This document shows, piece by piece, positions 13,499-27,215 of a stretch of 64,000 bases of DNA; positions within the stretch are counted from its first letter, which is position 1, and each line of letters begins with the position of its first letter. The notes below the pieces were generated by a model. The model saw nothing but the letters and a program-made list of their open reading frames with translations, was not told the DNA's origin and searched no databases. This stretch comes from the human T2T-CHM13v2.0 reference genome, Homo sapiens, in the NCBI RefSeq assembly GCF_009914755.1, contig NC_060930.1; one strand, written 5' to 3'. A program made the position numbers and the translations under genes.

Positions 13499-14169
13499 AA
13501 ATTCTTTTCCAGAATTTGTTGGTGATTCTAGTCTACATGAACATCAGAAGAAGCATTTGACAGTTTCTTAAAAAATTCTAGATTTTGAATAAAATTGCCT
13601 TATATTTTTGGTTCAGTTTGGCAATAATTGCTCTCTTAATAATACTGAGTCTTTCCATCTTGAACATAAGATATCTTCATTTTTACTTAGTTCTTCTTTG
13701 ATCTTTCATCAGAGTTTTGTAGCTTTCAGCACAAAGACTTCACACATATTTTGTACACCTATATCTAAGTAATTTGTCTTCTCTGCTGCTTTCTAAATGG
13801 TACTGATTTTTAAGTTTCAATTTTTTATTGTTACGTGAAGAAAAGTAATTGATATTTGTATATCAATCTTGTAGCCTGTGACTCTGATAAGGAAAGTGTG
13901 GGATTGTCTGAATACTCTGCGAATATCTCACCTAAAGAATAATGCCTGCCCTCTTCAAGACCCACCTCTGCCACCCCTCAATGCCTCTGAGTCAGAAAAT
14001 AGAGTCATATCTCAGTACAGCCAAGTGTGGGAATAGTTCTTGTTTTGGCACCAAATAGATTACATATCAAGGGACTTTTGTCCCCAGCTATGTATAGAAA
14101 AGTTATGTTTGTTATTTTCATTTATTATAAGAGCCCTCTCTCAACCCTGAATCAAGATAAAATAAAGTT

Positions 14170-14637
14170 GCAGAGGGAATTACATAAATTAGTGTGACTA
14201 TCAAAATCTTAAAGAATGAAGAGGGGATGATCTCCTCAATTTCAAAGTCATCAACATATTCTCTCCAGAAACCAGACTGGTCATGTGAATGATGGTAGAC
14301 TACCATAAACCAATATTATACTATTGCTAGTTGCATTTGTAATACTAGGTATTAGATATTTACTGAAGTGATTCACACAGCTTCTGACATTTTATGTAGT
14401 TATTGATCTGGGAAATATTTTCTCAAAATACATAAATAATGAAACTCAGAAGCATTAATTTTTACATGGGAAGAACAGAAAAATACATTCACTGTCTGTG
14501 CACAAGGCCATGTAAAATGTTCTGCTCTCTCTCAAAATATAGTCAGCAGGAATCTTATATATTTTGACATTCTGCAGAATGTTATAAGGGGCTACCATGC
14601 AGATGATACTATGTATACGTGTAGCTATAGGAAATAA
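14170..14637 (+). mobile_element. Decayed ERVL-class pol (reverse transcriptase) fragment
   Basis: Translation from 14461: FTWEEQKNTFTVCAQGHVKCSALSQNIVSRNLIYFDILQNVIRGYHADDTM, colinear with ERVL RT (FSWQGQQYTFTVLPQGY...HYIDDIM). Upstream pieces give QKPD, MMVDYHK and VIDLGNIF across frameshifts. Confidence 0.8.
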
Positions 14638-15709
14638 CCAGTGAAATAACAAAATATACTGTTAGGTATTGTACCTATTGATGATGCATTTCTGAATAAA
14701 TTCAGGCATTCAATGCAATCCAAGGATAATATATATTCAGTATAACTGAAGTCTAGACTTTTCTTAAATATTTAGAAGTCATTTATGGCTCTGAAGTTGA
14801 AAATCAAATATATTAATAGTTTAAATTGGAAATCCTTCTGAAAAAGTAATTGCTTCATGGGCAAAGAGTAAACTTAACTTTTTCTTACTTAAACCAAATT
14901 TCTTTTTAAACTGGAAAGTGGCTAAATATTCCAACAAATAACACAAAATATTATTTTTTTTCCGAACTGAAAGATTTGTATGTCTAGGTTCATTATATTT
15001 AACAATATGTTTGAGAAAGATTGGGGAGGACTACTTGACATTAGCCTATATTTTTGCATGAATTAAAGTTTATCACTGATTAAAATGAGCCTTCCATTTT
15101 TGAAGTCTGAATTGCATGGAATTTTAAGGTTTGCATCACAACTATGACCTTTCTGTCAATTGGCAGAAGAAGACTGATTATTTTTAGCAGTTTTAAATAT
15201 CAAGAGCTTCGTGGTTTTCCTTTCAAACCCAAGTAACAATATCATACTTTTAAAAGAAACAAAAATGACATATATGTTTGATCGATAGCACAATAGGATT
15301 CCCCCTCTGCATCTTTCAGTGTATTAAGCATTCTTTTTAAATGTGTATCTTAAACAAAGACAAGCAAGTTACAGAATTTGTATTTGTCACTCTGCCAGTA
15401 AGAACAAGTGGTCTATTTTAAGTTCCATCCCTTCAATTTCATGCCATCTAAGTGAAAATTCCTTCTCTTGAGTCATCAAAAGCTCAGAAAACAAAGGGCT
15501 TTTAAGGACACACAGGAGGTAATGAGCTTAATTGGTGGCTTCTTGCCTTTTGTTGACTTTCTCCATTAAAACACTCAGAGTTGGGCCATATTTCCTGATA
15601 GCCCTGAGAGACTTGCCTTCTTCCTTGATTGTAGAGTTTGTTTCCATTCATTTTCTACTCAGATTTCTAGAGATCATTAACCCTACTATGCCAATTGCAT
15701 CTGGCCATA

Positions 15710-15760
15710 ATTCATTTTTTCAAATCAAGAGGGATTCATTTTTTCAAATCAAGAGAGATT
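15710..15760. repeat. 24-bp tandem duplication
   Basis: attcattttttcaaatcaagag(g/a)g twice, one mismatch. Confidence 0.92.
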
Positions 15761-15904
15761 ATTGATTGACTAATCTATGTTGAAAATTCCCTCATGGAGA
15801 AAATAGTTTAACAGTTAATTAATTTATATCAGTTTTATCATTTTATTGCTGGTAATTTGTTTGTCCCTATATATTTCTGGGAGTTAAGTGTTACACAGTA
15901 TTAA

Positions 15905-16100
15905 GGGAGGAGGCCTGGCTTTGAATCCTGCTCTATTAACCATTTGCTCTGGGACTTTATTTAAGTAACTTAAACATTTTATGCCTCCATTCACCCATTT
16001 GTAAAGTAGAGGTATTGATAATATTTATTGTACAAGATTTTTTGTGAGAAATAAGCCAAAGATATCTTGGCAGTTTTGACTAGCATATTGTCATTTACTA
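15905..16100 (+). mobile_element. MIR SINE
   Basis: cctggctttgaatcctgctct...aagtaacttaaac...tgcctccattcacccatttgtaaagtagagg, the MIR core. Confidence 0.7.
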
Positions 16101-16160
16101 GACCCTCAAAAATTATAAATCATTATAATCATTATAAATATTAATGATCATTATAATTAT

Positions 16161-16285
16161 TCCAATATAGAACAATGACATGTTCTATATTAATCTATCC
16201 AATATAGAACAATGACATGTTCTATATTAATCTATCCAATATAGAACAATGACATGTTCTATATTAATCTATCCAATATAGAACA
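16161..16285. repeat. 37-bp palindromic minisatellite, 3 perfect units plus 14 bp
   Basis: Unit tccaatatagaacaatgacatgttctatattaatcta starts at 16161, 16198 and 16235, partial at 16272. Each unit has an 11-bp inverted repeat aatatagaaca/tgttctatatt. Confidence 0.97.
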
Positions 16286-16499
16286 CTGAGCACTAAACTC
16301 TAAGAAGAACCAAGTGTTTCAAACAGAATCATGGAGGAACTTGTTCCTTCCTGGAATTGCTGAGGTTTGTTATTGGGTAGCAGTGGTAGAAAGCACAAGG
16401 TCAAGGTAATCACAGATGTGAGTCTACCTACCAGGGATCTCATAATCAATTCTAAATGAGAATTCACCATGCATTTTATAGATTATCTGTTTTTAATAT

Positions 16500-16695
16500 T
16501 TTGAAAATAGATTTTAAGGAAGATGCATACACCATTGATTTTAAGATGCATCATTATTTTATGTAACATATGGGAGGAAAAATGAAAAATTACCTAATAA
16601 ACTATGACATAACACTAAGACACCATCTGTTGTATGGCCTATTTTAATTTCAGAGATATAAAATGTAAAAAGGAAATGTTTCTCCCAATAGATTA
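16500..16695 (-). mobile_element. Possible TcMar-Tc2 (MER104/Kanga-like) relic
   Basis: accattgattttaagatgcatc and taagacaccatc...atttcagagatataaaatgt resemble Tc2-family subterminal sequence. Very diverged. Confidence 0.4.
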
Positions 16696-18556
16696 ATTGC
16701 CATTGTTAATAAAGGTTAGAACAGCTGATATATTTATAAAATAATAATTTCCTTTCAATTTTTATCTGTTTTTGAGATGTTTGAGAATATGAATTAAGCC
16801 TAATAATTTAAAAAAACTCTAAAAACAGTATTCGGTATATATAAGCACTCAGCAATTTGTTGACGTAATTAATTGATAGAAAAACAGAGAACATGTTGGA
16901 CAGACACAACTTGACATCGTTAATCCTTGAGCAAATCATTTATAAGGTAAGCTTCTATCACAGGTGCTTTAAAAGTTAGGCCAGTTTGCATCGAAAGTTC
17001 TTGCCTTTTTTATTTGCCAATAACATTTCATCACACCCATGGGAGACCTTTTCACTACTTTGCCCTATTAAGTAAAGTCTTAGTTGACTTTTTAATCACT
17101 CTGTTTTTGCTTCATCTTTGCTTAGGCTGTCAATACTCAAAAATAAAAAAAATATGTAATATAATAAAGTCCTTAGTACTTTTATTATTTTGTCTGCCTA
17201 ATCTTTGTTTACTTAAAAAATTATAGAGATGATGTGGGTTTTAGATACCTTCCAATCTAATTTCTTCCTTTTATTTAAAAACACAAAACCAAAGAAAATG
17301 AAAATGCTCAAATCCTAAAAGATGTTAAAATTTAACATGTTAATGAACTAGAATTGCAACATGAATCCTTCAAGTCTGATCATAATAATCTTTCTTCTGG
17401 ATTATGCTCTATATTTTTTCAGGGACATCTCAGTTGTCTATCCTCCCAAGAAATATTGGTCTCATGACTAGAGATTATAACCTTCTTATCAATATTAACA
17501 GTATAAAAGGGTGGCTTATATATATAGTATTAGCTGCCAAATTTATCATTACCTATTCCTTTATTTGAACAGCTGGAGTTCCATCAATCTCATGTAAAAT
17601 ATGAAGAATAACATTTTTAGAAAATGGCTACTTAATTTTTAATCTTTAACCTATTATTTTACCCACCGGTGCTACCTCTCCCTTGGACCTCTGCATGTAA
17701 ACACTAACTTCCACAGGAAATTTGACATTTGGACAATACATATGGAAATCTCACAACAAATCTCTTACATGAACACTAATCTCATTCCAACACATGATGA
17801 AATAAGAGTCCTTTTTGCAATGGTGAGAGATTCTGGTTAGATATCTGCTTTTGGTTGCAAAAATCATGTTGATAATTCAATAAACAACTATCAAAGGAAC
17901 TCCTTCACTTCCAATCAATGATAGCTCTACTCCTAAACACATTTATATGCATTATGAGATTCTTTATGGAAACCGATCTTAAATAAAAACTTGCCAAGAG
18001 AATTTTAGGAACTTGGCGAATGATCTGCCCTGAGAAAAGTTTTCACTGGAAACAGGCTTGCCAAAATATGAATCAAATGTCAGACAAAAAACATTTTAAT
18101 TTGTGGGGACATGAGATCCTTAAGCCAGACAGCTTAAAAAAAAGCTGCCGATAGTCAGTGTCTCAATGAATGAATCCACTACCTTTTGATTAAGCTAGAC
18201 TTTTCTCTAAGGATCTCATTTACATTAATTATTTTTAAGCTTTCCCACATTTAGAAAATTAGCAAATTTGCTAATCATAAACACTTTCATAGAGAAACTT
18301 TCCAAGATATTTTTCTGGGCAAAAATTTTTTTAGTAATATCCCAAAAGTACAGGAAACCAAAGCAAAAATAGACCAATGGAATCATGTCAATTTAAAATG
18401 TTTCTGCACAGCAAAGGAAACAATCAACAAAGTGAAGGGACAACTAACAGAATGAGAAAAAGTATTTGCAAACTACCCATCTGACAAAGGATTGATAACC
18501 AGAATACATAAGAATATGAAATGACTCTATAGGAAAAATCTAATATTCTGATTTTA

Positions 18557-20998
<2,442 letters not shown>

Positions 20999-22059
20999 TT
21001 TGAATAGACATTTCCCAAAAGGAGACATACAAATGACAAGCATATGAAAAGGTGTTCAACATCAGTCATCATCAGAGAAATGCAAATCAAAACTACAATG
21101 AGATATCATCTCACCCCAGTTAAAATGGGTTTTATCCAAAAGACAGGCAGTAACAAATGCTGAAAGGATATGGAGAGAGGGGAACCCTCGTATACTGTTG
21201 GTGGAAATGTAAATTAGTAAAACCACTATGGAGAACAGTTTAGAGTTCCTCAAAAACTGAAAATAGAGTTACCATATAATCCAGCAATCCCACTGCTGAA
21301 TATATGCCCCAAAGAAGGAATATCAGCATATCAGAGAGATATCTGCACTCTCATGTTTGTTGCAGCACTGTTCACAATAACCTAGATTTGGAAGCAACAT
21401 AAGTGTCCATCAACAGATGAATGAATAAAACAAAATATGGTACATATACAGAATGCAGTACTGTTCCGCCATAAAAAGAATGAGATCATGGTCATTTGCA
21501 ACAACATGGATGGAACTAGTGGCCGTGATGTTAAGCGAAATAAGCCAGGCACAGAGAGACAAACGTCAAGTTCATTATTTGTGGAGTGTAAAAATCAAAA
21601 CAATTGAACGCACAGAGAAAGGAGGGATGGTTTCTAGAGGATGAGAAGGGTAGCAGGGGGTGGTAAGAGGTGAGGAAGGTTAATGTGTACAAAAAAAAGT
21701 TAGAAAAAACAAATAAGACCTAGTGTTTGATAGCACAACAAGGTGACTAGAGTCAATAATTATTTAATTGTACATTTAAAAATAACTAAAAGTGTGTACT
21801 TGGCCTGTTTGTAATACAAAGGATAAATGGTTGAAGGGATGGATACCCCATTTTCCATCATGTGATTATTAGGCATTGTATGCCTGTATCAAAATATTTT
21901 ATGTACCCCATAAATATATACATCTACTATGTACCAAGAAAAATTAAAAATTAATAAAATATACACTCCTTCACCACCATATCCACAAGCTGTGAAGCAG
22001 TAAAAATGTAAACTTATCAATATGGGTCTACTATTATCATGAATCAATTTCTTTTTAAA

Positions 22060-22735
22060 AGTTTAATATAGATAGTATCTCTAGAAGTAGCAAAGTGTCT
22101 AGTGTCAGATAATACTAATAACATTTACAAACACTAAAAATATATAATCAACAATGGCTTGAAGCCACTAAATAAGACCAAAAGCAGCCAGAAAATGGCT
22201 GGAAAAGGCCTGTGAAAGAAGAAAACACAGTGGGTGAGACCCATGTGAAATCAGCTTTGACCTGATGGCAGTATCAGTCTGTCCTTCTATACAGAATAGA
22301 CTCAAGTAGAAATCAGCAGTCTTATTTGAGAATTTAACTATCAGAGTTCAAAGCTGACTGCAAGGCTAGCTGGAAATGGAGCAGGAAAGTTGAGGAAAGT
22401 GTAGAGCTAAGAGAGAGAGCCAACATTTTGCATGCAAAAATCCCATCAAGTCCTTGGCTAATTCCCTAATTCATATGACTGGAACATGTCTGCAGACTCA
22501 ACTGAAAGTAAGAGTTAGGCTAAAAGACCTAATTAGCTATTTCAGCAACTGACCAATGTTGGGAAGAAAGAGTTCAAAATTCAGTTTCAATTTATAGGGT
22601 CTTGGTAAATACTTCAAACTTTCTATTGAAACTCAAGGGCCATATTTGGAATCCCTAAAGACGATGAGAAAAAAAACTGAGGGCAGAAAAAATATCCAAA
22701 GAAATAACGGACAAGAAGTTTTTAAACATCATTAT
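22060..22735 (+). mobile_element. Old L1M 5' region / ORF1 fragment
   Basis: Diverged similarity to 55470-55830, and ORF1-like ending ggcagaaaaaatatccaaagaaataacgg. Confidence 0.45.
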
Positions 22736-22739
22736 GCCA

Positions 22740-23570
22740 ATAGCATACAGTCTTGATTACTGTAATTTTAAAATAAGTATTGGAATCAGGTAAAGTACTC
22801 CAACTTTGTTGTGTTTGGTAGTTTTTCCTTTTTTTCAATTTTGAGGGCTCAAGTTCTTTATACTTCTATATAAATTTTATTAGGTTGGTGCCAAAGTAAT
22901 TGTGGTTTTTGGCATTACTTTTGCACCAACCTAATTAAATCAGTTTGCCAGTTTCTACTACAAAAATACCAAAAGAATCAATAAAGCCTGCTAGGTTTTT
23001 GATTGGCATTGTACTAAATCTATGGAAAAAATTAGGGAGCGTTGTCATTTTAACAGTAGAGATGTCAATCCATGAAAATTGCATATCTCTCCATCTCTTA
23101 AGATATTCTTTAATTTCTGCAAACAGTTATGGTTTTAGTATATAGGAAATGCCATGTTTTTAAAATAATAATCTCTACTTATTTTATTTTCTGGGTGTAT
23201 TATAATGTTGTTATTTTTTAATTTCTGAATGCTTGTTTCTAGTATACAGAATTGGAATAAAATTTTGCTTACCAGTTCTGTGGTATTCCGTACTTTGTAA
23301 CTTTCCTAAACTCATTAATGCCAGTATTTTTTGAAGATGCCTTACAATTTTCATATACATGGTTATGTTATTTGTAAACAAATATCTTTTGTTGAAAAAA
23401 ATATTGTTGAAGAAAAGTGGTTGAGTAGACATCCTTGCTTTGTTTTCAATTTTATGGGGAAAAATTAGTCTTTCATCATTAAGTATAATGTTCGCTGTAG
23501 ATTCTTCATAGATACTCTTTTATCAGTTTGAGAAAATAAATTTTATCTTCTGGGTTTTTTTTACATTTCT
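22740..23570 (-). mobile_element. Old L1M ORF2 fragment
   Basis: cagtcttgattactgta, tttgattggcattgtactaaatctat, agacatccttgctttgtt, tttcatcattaagtataatgtt. Confidence 0.7.
22880..22934. mobile_element. MADE1 (Hsmar1-derived MITE), internally deleted, 55 bp
   Basis: Terminal inverted repeats ttaggttggtgccaaagtaat / attacttttgcaccaacctaa; 5' TA present. Confidence 0.9.
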
Positions 23571-23604
23571 CAAATAATTCCCTTTGTTAGTCATCATGTG
23601 AGTT

Positions 23605-23870
23605 ACACACACTGTATAAATACATATGTGTAGTGTACATATATGCTTATGTAAGTTTGTATAAATACATTTGTATATTATATCTATATAACTTGAGATA
23701 TACATGCATACAAACACACATATATACATATATACACATATATATAATTTGTTAAGGATTATTTTTGTGATATTTTAGTTTATGTATATGTTTATATAAG
23801 TGTGTATAGATACATTTATATTTATATATTATACCTATATAACATATTTACATACATATATAATACATAA
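23605..23870. repeat. Low-complexity (TA/CA/TG)-rich tract
   Basis: Degenerate purine-pyrimidine alternation, directly visible. Confidence 0.8.
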
Positions 23871-24638
23871 AAAACTTGTTAAGAATTTTTTTCATATTTT
23901 ATCTTCTTATATTAGCTTTTTCTGGTTTTGGTAAGTGGGTAATTCTAGCCTCATAAATATTTATAGAAAAAAATTATTGCAAGAATGACTTTTGTCTTTT
24001 AGTCAATATTTTAATATATTGGTTCCAACATATTTTGATAATTAATGCTTTATGTTATGTTTTCATATATTGAAATAAATATTCTTAACAGCCATGTCGT
24101 TATAGATGTAAGAAGTCAAAATAATTTTCTTTGGTTATATATTTTATACATTATAATTATAAAAGTCTGTTTTATCTATAGCATAGAAAATATTTTTTGT
24201 AAGATATGTGCACACCTTTAAATAATCCAGTCTTAAAGACTAGCTTGTTTAAATTCTATCAAATGTGTGTAGAATTATGACACACTTAGGTAGTCAGTGA
24301 GGCAGCTTATTTTGTAAATATTATTATTATAACCGGTCTGTAGAAATGAAGAAAATGAGTGATAAGTAGTTGCCACTAATCAATTAATTAACTGATTTCC
24401 TAAATACATGTTATCAAACTTATAGGCCAAAAGTGGCAAGATATTCTTCTCCATAGTTGGAGGGAAATAAAAACAGATGAAATGTTTTTCATCATCAAAA
24501 TATAATCAGATTTTTTACTGTCTACCTACCCACTTTTCCACTGCTGAAAAAAGAAGACCCTACAAAGCAAAACCTTGCCTGAAGCACATTTATAAGCATG
24601 CCATTATTTTTCAATCAAGTGTTCTTTTTTTCTGAGAA

Positions 24639-24746
24639 AATTTCATTATAAAAATATTATAAACAATGGAATTTATAATTTCATTATAAAAACATTATAA
24701 ACAATAGAGTTTACTTGACTACAGTTAAGTGCGGTAGTCAAGTAAA
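24639..24746. repeat. 38-bp tandem duplication followed by a 13-bp perfect inverted repeat
   Basis: aatttcattataaaaa(t/c)attataaacaat... at 24639 and 24677. tttacttgactac (24710-24722) pairs with gtagtcaagtaaa (24734-24746). Confidence 0.9.
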
Positions 24747-25031
24747 TAAACTGTTAAGCAAATTCGAGTTTTCTATATCAAATTACCATCTCAAAAAATT
24801 TGTATTTTGGCAATAGAAAAACTGAAATGGTCTAGACGATTGGAAGATAAGTGAAATCATGGTGACCCAAACATGTAACAAACAAATTCCATTTCATTGG
24901 CAGAAAATCTTCTATCCAGCTCTGTTTTTTAAAAGGCCACCTTTGACTTTGACCATGCAAAAACAAGAAAATAAGCAAAGATTTGGTTCAACCTTGCACT
25001 GAATGATAAAAGGATAAATAGTATAAGGCAG

Positions 25032-26248
25032 TGATGGCAGTGGCCGCTGACATCATGCCAGCTGCAGCAGAGAGGTGCACCTGGGGCTGCACACTCCATG
25101 GAGCCCCCACCCTTTCTGAGTTGGGGCAGGAGCTTCCCAGGCGCCACTGCAGCCACCCAAACCGGGCTGCAGACCCAAGCCTCCCGCTCCATTGAGCAGG
25201 CAGGAGTTCTGTTCTCCTGGGTAGGGCTATAGCCACCCAAACTGCCCCTGTGGATCCAAGCCTCCCTGTGCTCTTGAGGCGGGGTGGGAGCAGACAGGAT
25301 CTGACCTCCCAGGTGCAGCTGCAGCCAACCCGGGCTGCAGACTTGGGCCTCCTACTCCACAGAGCAGGCAAGGAGTCTGGGACAAGTGAGAGCACCATCC
25401 TTCCCGAGTTGGTGGAGCAGCAGCTCCCCAGGTGCAGCTGTAGCCGCCCTCCCAGGTGCAGGACCCGGGCATCTTCACGGGCCTGGAAAGCCCCACAAAC
25501 CCTGCGGGCTCGGGGGTGTCTGCTCCTGCTGCCTGGCCTTTCGCCCCTCCCGGAGCCTGCTCAGATCTCCCGGTGGGGTTGAGGCTGAGCCCCAGGGCCA
25601 TGAATGGCAGTGGGAGACAGACAGGTTCCGTGGTTGAAGCGGGTGGTTCCCTGTAAGGCCCTCCTTCAGGTTAGGGAGGGCCTAAAGGCTGGGGACCGGA
25701 CTGCCAGTCCCACTGAGCTGACCGCATTGGAGACTTGTGTTGCCTCCTCTGGGCCTGCCCATGGCCACCCATAGACCAATCAGCAGGCACTTCCTCCCCT
25801 CTGAGATCCATAAAAGCCCCAGGCTAAGGCAGAGCAGGGCAGAAGAGTCAGAGCAGGGCAGAGGGCAAAGAGACTACGGGATGACCAGCTGCAGGGAGGA
25901 GCTACAGAGGAGATACCCTCTCCTCTGATAGCTGGAGAGACTGGACGACTGGCCGGCAGAGAGGAACCATCCTCTCCAGGGCCTCCTCTTTGCGGAACTG
26001 AACACTTCATGAGACGATCTACCTATAGAGAGGAACTACCCAGTGTGGGCTTCCTCTGAGCTGTTGTAACACTCAATGAAGCTCCTCTTCATCTTGTTTA
26101 CCTTCCACTTGTCTGGCACTTCTTTATTCCTGGACACAGGAAAGAACTCGGGCAAAGGCACCATTGGCCACAGAGGTTTCCGGCCAGAAAAGCCACACCC
26201 CAAAGAGGTTTCTGGCCAGAAAAGCGACACCTCAAAGATCCCGTAACA
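25032..26248 (+). mobile_element. MER52 (MER52C-like) ERV1 solo LTR, 1217 bp, GC-rich
   Basis: Starts tgatggcag, ends gatcccgtaaca (TG...CA). 4-bp TSD gcag at 25028-25031 and 26249-26252. Repeated gctgcag/ctcccaggtgcag motifs. Confidence 0.88.
25776..25815 (+). promoter_or_regulatory. LTR core-promoter motifs: CCAAT box and TATA-like CATAAAA
   Basis: CCAAT at 25776-25780 (gaccaatcagc), CATAAAA at 25809-25815. Activity unknown. Confidence 0.5.
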
Positions 26249-26249
26249 G

Positions 26250-26480
26250 CAGCATATCTCAAGGAGGTCCACAGAATCCTTTCAGAGTTCATGAAGTCTT
26301 CATAGTAATACTAACATGGTATTTATATTTTTCACTTTTATTCTTTCACAAGTAGAGTGAATTTTTAGAGACTTCATGCTGTGTGATTATCTCAGTGAAT
26401 TGAAGACAGAATAATTTTGATAATCCAGCTTTCTTCTATTAAACCAGTCCTTAAATAGATATGCAAAAATGTAAAGCAAA
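26250..26480 (+). mobile_element. hAT-Charlie family DNA transposon fragment
   Basis: ttcatagtaatactaa, aatccagctttcttctattaaaccag, gcaaaaatgtaaagcaa resemble Charlie-family ends. Confidence 0.55.
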
Positions 26481-26970
26481 GAGGTTAGAATTATCCATAT
26501 GGTAGTGGATTACAGTTGGATACATAATATGAGGATAGGTTTAGGTTATATAGATACAGTTCATTGCATATAAAAATATTTATAGATACATGAACATGCA
26601 CTATTTAGTATTCACACATTTAACTATTTGCTGTGTCAGCTGAGAAGAGCTAGAAGCAATCACACTCTTAGCAACAAACACACTTATCACTAGATCCTGG
26701 TTTCTAATACCATTTTCAAAAGAAAGGAACCAAGGTGTCCCTATTAAAATGGATGATTTTAGGCCTGGTGCAAGTAATACATAAAATTATTATGGAGCTT
26801 CCTGTAGGGAGAAAACATTAGAAAGTGTTCAAAAACAGAGCAGAACAAAACAAAAGTCCACGATGATGGGAGTATGTCAAAGTGACATAGAAGCCAACTG
26901 AATAAGCTCAAAATACTCAAAGTTGAAACACTGGGGACAGCAGTAAAAACAAAAAGTAAATAAATATAGT

Positions 26971-27178
26971 TCCACAGGCACGTGGAACTGTGAGTCGAAT
27001 TAAACTTCTTTCTTTTGTAAATTACCCAGTCTCAGGTATGTCTTTATTAGCAGTGAGAAAACAAACTAATACAGCAAATTGGTACCAGTAGAGTGGGACA
27101 TTGCTGAAAAGATACCCAAAAATGTGGAAGTGACTTTGAAACTGGCTAACCAGCAGAGGTTGGAACAGTTTGGTGGGC
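26971..27178 (+). repeat. 208-bp copy of the THE1B 5'LTR/internal junction at 27730-27937
   Basis: Ungapped alignment by eye, 8 mismatches in 208 bp; flanked by agt/agt. Confidence 0.95.
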
Positions 27179-27215
27179 AGTATTAGATTATATTGAATGT
27201 ACAAATTAAATACCC

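Larger units (their letters stand above)
9845..13890 (-). mobile_element. Old L1M fragment split by the THE1C provirus (L1 parts about 9845-10636 and 13499-13890)
   Basis: L1 antisense motifs (tttgttgaaaagactatcctt, agtaagtcttgaaatcaggtag) stop at 10636 and resume after 13498 (aatactgagtctttccatc, cacacatattttgt). Confidence 0.7.

Noticed and set aside
16161-16285. CRISPR array (37-bp palindromic repeats)
   Set aside because: Units are head-to-tail with no spacers, there are no cas genes, and the context is primate DNA.
25032-26248. CpG-island promoter with GC-rich coding ORFs
   Set aside because: Bounded by TG...CA and a 4-bp TSD as an LTR. Overlapping ORFs on both strands reflect GC content.
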